Source of the DNA: an uncultured bacterium
Lineage (GTDB): Bacteria; Elusimicrobiota; Elusimicrobia; Elusimicrobiales; Elusimicrobiaceae
Direction: 5' to 3'
Assembly: GCA_949298795.1 (NCBI GenBank)
Contig: CASFXV010000007.1
Span: 940-64,939, forward strand
Length of the DNA: 64,000 nucleotides
Positions 1 through 10,019 of the stretch are shown here, one piece after another (within the stretch, counting starts at the first letter, position 1; each line of letters opens with the position of its first letter). The notes under the pieces were generated by a model, which saw only the letters and a list, made by a program, of their open reading frames with translations, did not search any database and was not told the DNA's origin. Both the position numbers and the translations under genes were made by a program.

Positions 1-117
1 CCGGGCTTTTTTAATTTTAGATTCTAAAACACCGCTGATGTCTTTTGCCGGCTGGGCTTGCAGCGCAGCCGCCAAAATACAGATACACACACAGGTTAAA
101 ACGACGACTTTTCTCAT
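1..117 (-). CDS. Exported protein, N-terminal 39 aa only (runs off window edge)
   Basis: Hand translation MRKVVVLTCVCICILAAALQAQPAKDISGVLESKIKKAR, a Sec-type signal peptide. GGAG RBS upstream; TTGTTA-N18-TATAAT promoter at 151-180. Confidence 0.7.
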   Translation of the reverse strand, partial: MRKVVVLTCVCICILAAALQAQPAKDISGVLESKIKKAR

Positions 118-239
118 TCTCTACTCCTAAAACATAATTTAGATATAGAGATTATAACAAAAGTTAGGCTAAACTAACAAGTGTTTTTTAGTTTCTCCTA
201 ACTTTTAAACGCAACACCTAAAAATCAGTTTTTAAATTT

Positions 240-764
240 TTAATATAAGATAAGGCCGCACAAACCGCCCAGCAAGATAAGTTTAACAGGTCCCACCCGC
301 TTAAAAAACATAGCGGCAAAAGCACCCGCAAAAAGCAGAACGCTTTTATAATCCACAAAGTTTTCTTTGTTGCACAGCACCAGCGCGGCGGCGGCAATCA
401 GCCCCACCACTACCGGGCGCAGCACGTAAAAAATAGATTTTACAATTTGTGAATTTTGATGTTTTAAAAAATAACGGCTGGCAAACAACATTAAGAAAAA
501 AGAAGGCAAACACACCGCCGCCGTAGCCAGCGCCGCCCCCCATACGCCGCCGGTGGACGTATAACCGGTGTAAGTGGCCAAATTAATGCCCACGGGGCCG
601 GGCGTCATTTGGCTGACGGCCACGATATCCGTAAATTCCGCGGTGGACAGCCAAGCCTGTTTAAACACCACCTCATGTTGGATAAAAGACACCATGGCGT
701 ACCCGCCGCCAAAGTTAAAAAGTCCTATTTTTAGAAAAGTAATAAACAGCCACCAGCCAATCAT
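240..764 (-). CDS. chrA: Chromate transporter, short-chain ChrA subunit
   Basis: FGGGYAM and SQMTPGP motifs. ATG at 764 has an AAGGAG RBS and overlaps the upstream TGA (ATGA). Confidence 0.88.
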   Translation of the reverse strand: MIGWWLFITFLKIGLFNFGGGYAMVSFIQHEVVFKQAWLSTAEFTDIVAVSQMTPGPVGINLATYTGYTSTGGVWGAALATAAVCLPSFFLMLFASRYFLKHQNSQIVKSIFYVLRPVVVGLIAAAALVLCNKENFVDYKSVLLFAGAFAAMFFKRVGPVKLILLGGLCGLILY

Positions 765-1303
765 TTGCGCCGCTCCTTTATCCACCCGCCCAGCCAGCCG
801 CTAAAGCCCGCCGCAAGCACAATCCCCACCGGGGAAATCCCCGCCAGCCAAATGGCCGCAGCCACGGTAAGCGGGATAAGCCATAAAATCTTTTTTTCAC
901 ACGCCGCCCGCCCCATTTGCAGCACCGGCGCCGCAATTAAAGCCACCGTTACAGGGCGTATACCCATAAAGATACGCTGTATGTAAATATTGTCTTTAAA
1001 CTCTTGGAAAAACAACGCAATAAGCAAAATGGCAACAAAAGAAGGAAGCACCGTGCCCAGTGTGGTTACCAGGCTGCCCTTTACGCCTTTTAGTTTATAT
1101 CCCACAAAAATGGCTATGTTTACCGCAATAATGCCCGGGGCGGATTGGGCGATGGCCAGCAGGTCTAAAAATTCCCGGCGGTCTATCCATTGGCGCTTGT
1201 CCACTATCTCCTGCTGGATAAGCGGAAACATGGCGTATCCGCCGCCCAAAGTAAAAGCGCCAATTTTGGAAAAAATTAAAAATAACGTCCAGTAACTTGT
1301 CAT
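761..1303 (-). CDS. chrA: Chromate transporter, short-chain ChrA subunit (partner half)
   Basis: LGGGYAM and AQSAPG motifs; paired half-transporter arrangement. Start placed at MTSYW. Confidence 0.88.
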   Translation of the reverse strand: MTSYWTLFLIFSKIGAFTLGGGYAMFPLIQQEIVDKRQWIDRREFLDLLAIAQSAPGIIAVNIAIFVGYKLKGVKGSLVTTLGTVLPSFVAILLIALFFQEFKDNIYIQRIFMGIRPVTVALIAAPVLQMGRAACEKKILWLIPLTVAAAIWLAGISPVGIVLAAGFSGWLGGWIKERRK

Positions 1304-1354
1304 CTTTGTTATTTTATCAATTTCATACAGGCCCATTCTGCCCGCCCGGCCGAT

Positions 1355-1383
1355 AAAAAACCCCGGTGCCGCCCGGGGTTTTT
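1355..1383. terminator. Intrinsic terminator after amidase
   Basis: AAAAACCCCGG-N6-CCGGGGTTTTT hairpin with A/T tails on both sides. Confidence 0.85.
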
Positions 1384-1391
1384 AACAGAAA

Positions 1392-3038
1392 CTATTTCAG
1401 CCAGCCTTCTTTTTTGGCGTAATCGTAAATGCCGTTATAAATACCCTGCGCCATGCGTTTTTGCACCGCTTTTTGAGACAGGCGGGCCCGGTCTTTACTG
1501 CTGCTTATGTAACCCATTTCTATCAAAATAGCCGGGCTGTTTACCCCTTTTAATACGTAGAAGTTGGCCTGGCGCACACTGCTGTTGCGGTTAACGGCAA
1601 TGCCAATGCCGGGTTGTTTATATACCGCGTTGCGCACGTAACCGGCCAGTTTGGAGCTTTCGTTAATATACTCATTCTTGGCCAAAGACTGCAAAAGCGC
1701 ATCCACAAAATTATAATGCACCTCTTCATACTGCAAGGCTTCGTTTTCCAAGGCGGCTACTTCCGCGGCTTCCTTGTCGGTAGCTTTTTCGGAACGGAAA
1801 TACACCTGAAACCCGTTGGCGCGGGAATTTTTAGACGCGTTTGTGTGCACGGAAACAAACAAATCCGCCTTAAAATTATTAGACATTTTAGAGCGTTCAG
1901 ACAAAGCGATAAATTTATCCGTCTCGCGCGTCATGCGCACTTCAAAACCGGCTTTTTTAAGTAAGGCGGCCAGTTCTTTGGCTACGGCCAAATTCCAGGT
2001 TTTTTCTCTGTAACCGCGGCGTATGGCGCCCGGGTCTTTGCCGCCGTGGCCGGGGTCTACCATTATGCGCATTTTCTTGCGGGCCACCGCCGGGGCGGGC
2101 TGTATAATGGCCGGTTTTAGTTCTTTTTTGTCATTGGCGGGGGCCGCCGAAGGCTTTTCTTGAACAGCCTCTTCTTCGTCCGCTTCCCCTATTACGCTGG
2201 GAGCGGGCAGCAACAACGCGGGCTTTGTCTGTGCGGAGGGAGCCGCCGATATTTGCGGGCCTTCTTCCGCCGGGGAGGGCTCGGATGCCTGCGGCTGCAT
2301 ATCCTGCGCGTTTTGGGCTACGCGAAGCACCCACTTGCCGCCGGACTCTTCCATAGACCAATTTTTTGCTTTGCGCCCCAAAATAACGCGCAAAACGGCT
2401 TTGTCTTCCGCTTGGCGCATATTAATGGTTTGGATAAAATCGTCCCGCAGGCGGGTGTTAAATTCTCTTTTCACCACCGCTTTTGGAAAAGTGATTTCCA
2501 ACGTGTGCTTATTTACGGTATGCAATACATACTGCACAGGGCCGCTGTGGTAAAAAAACAATTGGTCGCCTTGTTCGGTTTGCAGTTTGTCCTCATAAGC
2601 CAAATTAAAATTTTTTTCCACCCACAATGTATTGTCTTTAAACTCTATTTGCCGGTCCAGCGCCTGCTGTAAAGACGGCAGGGTAAAAAACGCCACCGGG
2701 GCCATAATGTCCCCTTTATAGGCCACCACGCTTTCCCCCAACGGCACGTTGGAACCGTTTACCACCACCGAACTTTCCCCCGCCGTTAAAATGGCGGAAA
2801 AGCCTTTTAAGGTAACCTTGGCCTGTTTGGCGGCGGCATACAGCTCTACATTGGCGCCTAATTTCTTGGCGGTTTTTTGTACGTCCAAATACGTTACGCC
2901 GTTGGACTGGATGGAAGAAACGGAGCCTTTGTCTCTGCCAATAATTTTGATTTCGGTTTTCCCCTGCGCCCAAACGCAAGAGGCCCCTCCCAGCCAAAGC
3001 AAAGCGGCCAGACTAATAAAAAGAAATTTTTTCATCAT
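1392..3038 (-). CDS. N-acetylmuramoyl-L-alanine amidase (Amidase_3) with signal peptide and N-terminal accessory domains
   Basis: VDPGHGGKDPGA, LSERS, FVSVHTNAS and ILIEMGYIS motifs; signal peptide MKKFLFISLAALLWL; Pro/Ala/Glu linker. Confidence 0.92.
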   Translation of the reverse strand: MMKKFLFISLAALLWLGGASCVWAQGKTEIKIIGRDKGSVSSIQSNGVTYLDVQKTAKKLGANVELYAAAKQAKVTLKGFSAILTAGESSVVVNGSNVPLGESVVAYKGDIMAPVAFFTLPSLQQALDRQIEFKDNTLWVEKNFNLAYEDKLQTEQGDQLFFYHSGPVQYVLHTVNKHTLEITFPKAVVKREFNTRLRDDFIQTINMRQAEDKAVLRVILGRKAKNWSMEESGGKWVLRVAQNAQDMQPQASEPSPAEEGPQISAAPSAQTKPALLLPAPSVIGEADEEEAVQEKPSAAPANDKKELKPAIIQPAPAVARKKMRIMVDPGHGGKDPGAIRRGYREKTWNLAVAKELAALLKKAGFEVRMTRETDKFIALSERSKMSNNFKADLFVSVHTNASKNSRANGFQVYFRSEKATDKEAAEVAALENEALQYEEVHYNFVDALLQSLAKNEYINESSKLAGYVRNAVYKQPGIGIAVNRNSSVRQANFYVLKGVNSPAILIEMGYISSSKDRARLSQKAVQKRMAQGIYNGIYDYAKKEGWLK

Positions 3039-3082
3039 AACCAATGCCCGCGCCGAAAACGACGCGGGCCCCATACGTTTGT

Positions 3083-4537
3083 TTATTCCAGAACGATTTT
3101 GTAATCTTCCCAGGCAATTTGCGGATCCGCCTGGATTTTAAGCGTGCGGTGAATATTTTCTTCAATATCCGCCTGTTTTTGTTTAATGGCTTCCGCCAAC
3201 AGCGGGTGAAGCACCACACGCAATGTACCGCCGGGGCGGCCGTTGGTTAAATCATAAATTTCACGCTGTATTTTAATGCGCATGCTCTCGGCCGACAATA
3301 CACGCCCGGAACCGTGGCACTGCGGGCATTCTTCACTGATAAAGCTGCCGGTGCTTTCGCGTTTGCGCTCGCGCGTCATTTCCACCAATCCCAAGCGGGT
3401 AATGGGCAAAATGCGTATTTTGGCGCGGTCTCCCCGCACCGCATTAGACAACGCCTCCACCACACGGTGGCGGCTGGAGGCTTTGCGCATATCAATAAAA
3501 TCAATCACAATAATCCCGCCGATATTGCGCAGACGAAGCTGGTGGGCAATTTCGTTGGCGGCTTCTATATTGGTTTGGGTAACGGTTTCTTCCTGCGATT
3601 TGTTACCCGTAAATTTGCCGGTGTTTACGTCTATGGCGCAGAGGGATTCCGCTTCCTGAATGATAATACTGCCCCCGTTGGGCAGCGGCAGTTTGATTTT
3701 GCGCAGATTATCAATTTCCGGCTCAATGTCATAGGCTTCAAAAATAGGGGTTTTGCCTTTATAAAGCTGTACGCGGTCCGCCAATTCGGGCGAGTTCTTT
3801 TTTACAAAATCTAATACGCGCTCATAATCTTTTTGGTTATCCAACAGATACACGCTGGCGTTTTCAGACAGTACATCCCGCGCCACCTGCAAAACGGCGT
3901 CCATGTCTTCATGCAAAAGCTGCGGGGATTGCACGCTGTCAAACTTCTTTAAAATGGACTGCCATTGGCGGTACAAATATTTTACTTCCCGCTCCAGTTC
4001 GTCCTTGCTGGCTTCTTCGGCTTCTGTGCGCACAATACAGCCCATGCCGTTTAAATGTTTGTCGGCCAGTTCCTGCATGACTTCGTTTAATTTGTGGCGG
4101 GCCTCGCTGTCTTCAATGTTTTTGGATACGCCCACAAAACTTTGGTTAGGCGTTAATACCAAATAACGGCCGGGAAGGGTAACGTCCATAGTTACTTTCA
4201 TGCCTTTGGTGCCGATGGCGTCTTTCACCACCTGCACCATGACTTCCTGCCCTTTTTTAAGCACTTTATCAATATTCTTTTTATCCCCGCCCAAAATATC
4301 GGAAATATACAAATAGGCGTTCTTTTCATAGCCGATGTTTAAAAACGCGCTGGATATACCGGGAAGCACATTTTCCACCGTGGCTTTATAAATATTGCCC
4401 ACAATGTTTAACGCGCCGCGGCGCTCCCAAATCAGCTCATTAATGCGCCCGTCTTCCATAATGGCGATGCGGGTTTCCTCAAAAGACGTGTTTACAATAA
4501 CCTCCACCTTGGGGGTGGTTTCCAAATTCTTACTCAT
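3083..4537 (-). CDS. rng: Ribonuclease G (Rne/Rng family)
   Basis: S1 domain GNIYKATVENVLPG; IDVNTG and GGIIVIDFIDM motifs; C-terminal CPQCHGSG. Start MSKNLE with GAGG RBS. Confidence 0.92.
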   Translation of the reverse strand: MSKNLETTPKVEVIVNTSFEETRIAIMEDGRINELIWERRGALNIVGNIYKATVENVLPGISSAFLNIGYEKNAYLYISDILGGDKKNIDKVLKKGQEVMVQVVKDAIGTKGMKVTMDVTLPGRYLVLTPNQSFVGVSKNIEDSEARHKLNEVMQELADKHLNGMGCIVRTEAEEASKDELEREVKYLYRQWQSILKKFDSVQSPQLLHEDMDAVLQVARDVLSENASVYLLDNQKDYERVLDFVKKNSPELADRVQLYKGKTPIFEAYDIEPEIDNLRKIKLPLPNGGSIIIQEAESLCAIDVNTGKFTGNKSQEETVTQTNIEAANEIAHQLRLRNIGGIIVIDFIDMRKASSRHRVVEALSNAVRGDRAKIRILPITRLGLVEMTRERKRESTGSFISEECPQCHGSGRVLSAESMRIKIQREIYDLTNGRPGGTLRVVLHPLLAEAIKQKQADIEENIHRTLKIQADPQIAWEDYKIVLE

Positions 4538-4565
4538 ACAAATTCCTCTCTTAGGCCTAGGCCTG

Positions 4566-5264
4566 TTAAATGCGGTGCAACCCGCCCTGCGAGTCACGCC
4601 AGAATAAACCTTCTCTAATAAACCGTACACCCGGAATGGTAAACTCTTCCCCTTGCACAATAGGTATCCCCAGCCAAGCCGCCAGCGCATACTGGGGTTT
4701 GAGGGTTTTGTCATTCACTGTTTGCAAGGTAAGAAAATATTTATTTTCTTCCGGCTGTTCACACTTTACTACATACGGGCTAAGCGGCACTTCCTGCGTC
4801 ATAGCGGCGTTAGGGGCCGTTAATACGGCCGTTGCCTGCCGCCCGTTTAAAAAATCAGTCAGGCTCTGTTTGGGAGCCCAAGGGGAAAAATCCCCCTCTA
4901 TTACATACCGCGCCGCCTGCGCCAAATTAGCTACGGACGGCAACGCATAAGGGACCCGTTCCACCCGTTTAATGGCAATCAGCGGGCCCGCCGCGCGGGA
5001 AAGCGCTTGATGCACCTCTTGCGGGGGAACAGACTGCAGCAAATAAATATCTGCAAATTCCCCCAAACTTTCCAACCCGTACCCCAACACCGGGCCGTAT
5101 GCCAGGCGGGGCCAATTTTTATTTATCTTGGCGGGCTCAAACGCTAAACCGCTTTTCAAAACGGCATTGCGAAGCGCCCCAAAAATGCGCTTATTATCCG
5201 CCGCGGCGCACACGGTAAACTCTATACGCATTTTATAAATTTTTGGAGCGTTTATCATACCCAT
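4566..5264 (-). CDS. DUF2344 / TIGR03936-type radical-SAM-associated protein
   Basis: PRLAYGPVLGYGLESLGEFADI resembles the family motif; lies between rodA and rng as in Firmicutes synteny. Confidence 0.7.
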   Translation of the reverse strand: MGMINAPKIYKMRIEFTVCAAADNKRIFGALRNAVLKSGLAFEPAKINKNWPRLAYGPVLGYGLESLGEFADIYLLQSVPPQEVHQALSRAAGPLIAIKRVERVPYALPSVANLAQAARYVIEGDFSPWAPKQSLTDFLNGRQATAVLTAPNAAMTQEVPLSPYVVKCEQPEENKYFLTLQTVNDKTLKPQYALAAWLGIPIVQGEEFTIPGVRFIREGLFWRDSQGGLHRI

Positions 5265-5265
5265 C

Positions 5266-6594
5266 TTACGCGCGCAGACGCCGCGCATGTACGGACTGGG
5301 CCACCCCCAGCGCAAACAAGCTGGACACTAAGTTGGACCCTCCGTACGAAATAAACGGAAGCGGTATCCCCGCTACCGGCACAATGCCAATTAACATGCC
5401 AAAGTTAATTAACATATAGGTGAAAAACATCCCAAACATGCCCCCGCATACCAGGTAGCCGTATCGGTCCCCGGCGCTGTAACCAATCATTACCAGCCGC
5501 CACAAAATAACTAAATACAGCCCCAGCACAAGCAAGGTGCCCCACAGCCCCAGTTCTTCCCCCACTACGGCTAAAATAAAGTCCGTATGTTTTTCCGGCA
5601 CAAAACCCAGGCGGGACTGCGTACCCGAAAACAACCCCTTGCCAAATACGCCGCCGGACCCCATGGCAATTTGGGCCTGCAAGACGTTGTATCCCGCGCC
5701 TTGCGGGTCAGACTTGGGGGCTAAAAAGGCTTCCACGCGTTTGCGCTGATAAGTTTTCATTTGGTGGTCCACAAACACGCTGGCAAAAAAACCGCCTAAT
5801 ATAACCACCGTAGCCAACACAAAATAAAACGAAGGCAAAAAGATGCGCAGCTGCCTAAAAAACCACCAGGCGCCATAGCCAAGCAACGCCACCCCAGCGC
5901 ATACGCCGCCCATATACAACACATTGGAACTGGTCTGCTGGAATATTTTAATCAGGGTATATTGGGTTAAATCCGGGTGGAGATAAATATACGTCCACCC
6001 AATGGTGCATATCCCCGCCACCGCGCCAAACAACACCAAAAGCCACAAATAAAACATATTCACCCCGGTACAATACAATAGTATCACCAAGGCTGGGAAG
6101 GATATCACAATAGAAGAAAAGTCCGGCTGCATCATAATCAACCCAAAAATGGGAATAAGCAATAGCCCCAACCCAATAAGCGAACTGGTATCGCGGATGC
6201 GAGGGCCGCGCCGGTCCAAAAAAGCGGCCGCCACCAACAGCGTAAGCACGCGGCAAATTTCAGAAGGCTGCATGGAAAAAAACGGCAACACAAACCAAGA
6301 CCGCGATCCCCGTTGATACGACCCAAACAACAACACCCCAACCAGCAGTATCAATATAAATGTATACAGGGCTTTCCATTGTTCGTCATAAATTTGGTAA
6401 TTAAAGCTCCAGCCCGCAACAAAAGCCGCCCCGCCCACGCACAAGGCCAGCATATGCGTGCGCACCACGCTGTTGGAAAGGGAAATGCTGTTCATGGCGG
6501 ACATAATGCACAAAGCGCCTATCAGCACCAGCCCTGCCATGGCGCCAAATAAAATCCAATCTAATTTACTGCGTCCGGCGGTTTCTTTCAACAT
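5266..6594 (-). CDS. rodA: Rod shape-determining SEDS protein RodA
   Basis: QPSE, QPDFSS, GYNVLQAQIAMGSGG, PEKHTDFI and PFISYGGS motifs; follows PBP2. Confidence 0.95.
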   Translation of the reverse strand: MLKETAGRSKLDWILFGAMAGLVLIGALCIMSAMNSISLSNSVVRTHMLALCVGGAAFVAGWSFNYQIYDEQWKALYTFILILLVGVLLFGSYQRGSRSWFVLPFFSMQPSEICRVLTLLVAAAFLDRRGPRIRDTSSLIGLGLLLIPIFGLIMMQPDFSSIVISFPALVILLYCTGVNMFYLWLLVLFGAVAGICTIGWTYIYLHPDLTQYTLIKIFQQTSSNVLYMGGVCAGVALLGYGAWWFFRQLRIFLPSFYFVLATVVILGGFFASVFVDHQMKTYQRKRVEAFLAPKSDPQGAGYNVLQAQIAMGSGGVFGKGLFSGTQSRLGFVPEKHTDFILAVVGEELGLWGTLLVLGLYLVILWRLVMIGYSAGDRYGYLVCGGMFGMFFTYMLINFGMLIGIVPVAGIPLPFISYGGSNLVSSLFALGVAQSVHARRLRA

Positions 6595-6597
6595 ACC

Positions 6598-8448
6598 TTA
6601 CTCTCCTGCGGGCCCTTCCAAAAGTTCTTCATAGTTTTCATGGTTTAATAAAGATTTGCGCTGCAGAACCGGGTTACCCAAATCATCCACGCCAAAGTAT
6701 GCTTTAAGCATTTCCCGCGCAATAGGCCCGGCCGCGCTGGAACCGTGCATCCCGTATTCTACAAACACCACCACCACAATGGAAGGTTCCTCCCCCGGTT
6801 TGCCGGCAAAAGCTAAAAACCAGGCGTGGTCATCCCCGTGGGGGTTTTGGGCCGTTCCGGTTTTGGCGTATACATCCAGCCCGGGTATTTTGGCCCAGCG
6901 GGCGGTGCCCGTATCGGTGGTGTATTTCATGGAAGTCCAGATTAAATCATAGGTAGAGGCGGGATAATCGGCCGTATTTAAAATTTCCGTTTTGCCCACT
7001 TGGGTTTCTTTCCCCGTGCGGTTGCTGACCAATCTATCAATATAATATGGGCGGTAGACATTGCCCTTGCTGGCCAAGGCCGCCCCAAACTGCGCTAATT
7101 TCAGCGGAGTAACCAATAATTCCCCCTGTCCAATAGACAAATTGAGCGTGTCCCCTATAAACCAGTATGACTTATTGCGCGCCCGCTTGGTGGGGCCGTA
7201 CATATTGCCGGCCCTTTCCCCGGGCAAATCAATCCCCGTGGGGCGCCCAAACATAAAAGCGCGCTGGACTTTTTCTATGGCGGAAGCACCCACCCGGGCC
7301 GCCACATCATAAAAATAGACGTCGCAAGAATTGGCCAAGCCGTCCAGTAAATTCATCATGCCGTGCCCGGTGCGCTTCCAGCATTTAAATATACGGGACC
7401 CGGCATCATAATGCCCGGGGCAGTTTACATGGGCGGAAGGGTCAAAATCCGGGTCTGTCAATGCGGCAATAGCCGTAATAATTTTAAAGGTAGAGGCGGG
7501 AGGATAGGTGCCTTGCACGGCCAAATTATATTCGCTGATGTTTTTAGAAACATGGGATAAATCCGTATCATTATACGGTACAAAAATATTGGGGTCATAA
7601 GCCGGCGCGCTGGCCAAAGCAAGCACCGCGCCGGTGCGCGTATCCAGCGCCACGGCCGCGCCGCGCCCGGTGGACGTGCTTTTTAGGCCGTCTTCCGCCG
7701 CGCGCTGAACATCAAAGTTAAGCGTTAAATGTACGTCACTGCCCGGCTGCCAGCGGCGGTCTTCAATGACGCGGCGCACGCGCCCGCGGTAATCCACTTC
7801 CAGGTAGGCGCCGCCGTCTTCCCCTTTCAATTCCGCTTCATATTTTTTCTCTATGCCGTTTTTACCTATTTTAGAGTTTAAACGGTAATTCATAGAAGGG
7901 TCCCGCTTGCGCCATTCGGCATCCGTCATACTGCCTAAATAGCCAATTAAATGGCTGGCAAAACTGCCGTACGGATAATCCCGCTTGGTTTCTTCCACCA
8001 AATAAACGCCCGGATAATAAATTTGAAGTTCCTGCAGAGCAATGGTGGTTTTAGGGGAAAGGTTTTCCGCCAACAGGACCGCTTTGCCGCTTTTAAGGCC
8101 TTCGGTCAGTTTTTCAGTAAGAGCTTCTTCGCTCATACCTAATTTGGGGGCAAAATCCTTAGCCAGCTGCTGCAAATAGGGAATGTCTTTACGGCCGGCG
8201 GCCAAATAGTAGAAACTAAACGACGGGGCATTACTGGCCACCACAACGCCGTCTGAAGTAAACACGCGCCCGCGCGGCGCCGTTTGGTACAGCACTTGGG
8301 TTCGGTTCCGTTCCGCCATTTCCAAATAAGCGCTATGACGCAGAACTTGTATATCCACCAAACGCAAAGCAATAATACCGCACGCCGCACACGCAACAAA
8401 AAACAATAATTTTAAACGCGTGTTAAAAAAAATCTTGGTAGCGGGCAT
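6598..8448 (-). CDS. mrdA: Penicillin-binding protein 2
   Basis: SxxK (STFK), SxD (SCD) and KTG motifs; APRG dimerisation domain; N-terminal TM helix. Confidence 0.95.
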   Translation of the reverse strand: MPATKIFFNTRLKLLFFVACAACGIIALRLVDIQVLRHSAYLEMAERNRTQVLYQTAPRGRVFTSDGVVVASNAPSFSFYYLAAGRKDIPYLQQLAKDFAPKLGMSEEALTEKLTEGLKSGKAVLLAENLSPKTTIALQELQIYYPGVYLVEETKRDYPYGSFASHLIGYLGSMTDAEWRKRDPSMNYRLNSKIGKNGIEKKYEAELKGEDGGAYLEVDYRGRVRRVIEDRRWQPGSDVHLTLNFDVQRAAEDGLKSTSTGRGAAVALDTRTGAVLALASAPAYDPNIFVPYNDTDLSHVSKNISEYNLAVQGTYPPASTFKIITAIAALTDPDFDPSAHVNCPGHYDAGSRIFKCWKRTGHGMMNLLDGLANSCDVYFYDVAARVGASAIEKVQRAFMFGRPTGIDLPGERAGNMYGPTKRARNKSYWFIGDTLNLSIGQGELLVTPLKLAQFGAALASKGNVYRPYYIDRLVSNRTGKETQVGKTEILNTADYPASTYDLIWTSMKYTTDTGTARWAKIPGLDVYAKTGTAQNPHGDDHAWFLAFAGKPGEEPSIVVVVFVEYGMHGSSAAGPIAREMLKAYFGVDDLGNPVLQRKSLLNHENYEELLEGPAGE

Positions 8449-8471
8449 ACACCCTCTCCTCAGGCCGATGT

Positions 8472-8966
8472 TTAGGCCTCTTTACTGACAAACCCTTTAG
8501 AAAGCAGCAACCTCAATATAAAAAACACTACCGGCGCCATGACTGCATTTATCACGCTTCCGGCAAGCAGGCTCCAAAAACCCTGCCAAACCGCAGAAGC
8601 GGAAAACAACATCAGTAACAAGGCATTAAACAATATGGCAAACACGCTTAAGCAAAACACGCTTACCATTTGAGGAAGGATACTTTCAAAATCAAAACGT
8701 TCGCTAAGCATATACACAAAAGTAGCCAGCAAACAAAAGGTAAAGGCGTTGTTTCCAAACAATTTCGTGCCGAAAAAATCCAAAAACAATCCGCACAAAA
8801 ACGCCATGGGGTAGCCATACGCCGGTTTTAATAAAGTACAGCAAGCCACCACAAAAACCAACATCACGCTAACTTGTATGCCAATATTGGCAAACGCCGT
8901 GGCAAATGCCCAATGGAAAACCGTGGCCCCTACAAAAGCAATAAAAAGTTTAATAAATCCCCACAT
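8472..8966 (-). CDS. mreD: Rod shape protein MreD
   Basis: Hydrophobic 164 aa with GLFLDFF motif, between mreC and mrdA. Confidence 0.85.
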   Translation of the reverse strand: MWGFIKLFIAFVGATVFHWAFATAFANIGIQVSVMLVFVVACCTLLKPAYGYPMAFLCGLFLDFFGTKLFGNNAFTFCLLATFVYMLSERFDFESILPQMVSVFCLSVFAILFNALLLMLFSASAVWQGFWSLLAGSVINAVMAPVVFFILRLLLSKGFVSKEA

Positions 8967-9826
8967 TATTTTCTGTCCTTTTCATCGGAAATAACAAACA
9001 CTTCTTTCAGCGCGCTGGAACTAATGGCCGGGGCCACTTCCACCGTTAACGCCGTTTGAAAGGAATTGCCTTTTTTAACGGAAGAAACTTCCCCTATTAA
9101 AATACCCGCCGGGAAAATGCTGCTGGCAGCTGAGGTATATACCCGGTCCCCCTCTTTAACGGAAGACAAAAGCGGCACATACTTCATTTTCACCGCGCCG
9201 GTACCGCCGCCCACCAACAAACCTTCATCACGGCTGGGGCTTAAATATACGGCGGCGGAAAAATCTTCATCGCGCACAAGCAATACTTTAGCCGTACTTT
9301 CCGACACCTCTACCACTTCGCCGGCTAAGCCCTCTATGCCGTTTTCTACGGAAATGACCGCGCTGCGCGGCTGAATGCCGTCCCGCGCGCCTTTATCCAA
9401 AATAACCGTATTCCACTGGCTGGGTTCCCGGTAGGCAATCTGCGCCCAAGTACCTTTCCACGGGCGGGAAGGCTGCAACTTTAAAATAGAGGCTAAACGT
9501 TCGTTTTCCTCAAACACCATTTCCGCCTGGGCGCCTAAAATTTTGGCGGCTTCTATTTCCTGACGCAGCTGTTGGTTTTCATGATGGGTGTCTAATAATT
9601 CCCGTATGGTGGAGGAAACATTGTCAGCATATTTTACCGCGGAGTGGGACATCCTGATCTGCGGAATAAAAATGTAGCCAAGCAACGCTTTGACGGAACT
9701 GACAAACCCGTCCAGCGGCAAAATCATAAGTAAAAAAGAAAGCGTTAAATAAAAAAGAGGCAACAGCGCCTTACGGGAAAAACCGGAAGGAGCCGCATTT
9801 CTTTTTTTCTTTTTAGCATGTAACAT
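8966..9826 (-). CDS. mreC: Rod shape protein MreC
   Basis: TM helix, coiled coil, ILDKG, GDRVYTS and IFPAGILIG motifs. Start placed at MLHAKK. Confidence 0.92.
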   Translation of the reverse strand: MLHAKKKKRNAAPSGFSRKALLPLFYLTLSFLLMILPLDGFVSSVKALLGYIFIPQIRMSHSAVKYADNVSSTIRELLDTHHENQQLRQEIEAAKILGAQAEMVFEENERLASILKLQPSRPWKGTWAQIAYREPSQWNTVILDKGARDGIQPRSAVISVENGIEGLAGEVVEVSESTAKVLLVRDEDFSAAVYLSPSRDEGLLVGGGTGAVKMKYVPLLSSVKEGDRVYTSAASSIFPAGILIGEVSSVKKGNSFQTALTVEVAPAISSSALKEVFVISDEKDRK

Positions 9827-9945
9827 AAAAATTAAAAAGGGTTTCTTCTTGCCAAAAGGCTTTTTTCCGGCCGATACAACCGGAATCACTGCCCGCCACA
9901 TACAAAACAGGCAGACGGAGTTTAAATAAACATAAATAACTTTAT

Positions 9946-9992
9946 AAAGAAAGAAAAGCGGGCACCGTCCGTTCTGTAAGAACCGTGCCCGC
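9946..9992 (-). terminator. Terminator-like hairpin after mreB
   Basis: GCGGGCAC (9958-9965) / GTGCCCGC (9985-9992) stem, followed on the minus strand by TTTTCTTTCTTT. Confidence 0.7.
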
Positions 9993-10019
9993 CCAAATCA
10001 TCCGGCACAATGGGATAAC

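Noticed and set aside
85-93. (TG)4T repeat in a signal-peptide coding region as a phase-variation tract
   Set aside because: The gene is in frame and the tract is too short to be meaningfully unstable.
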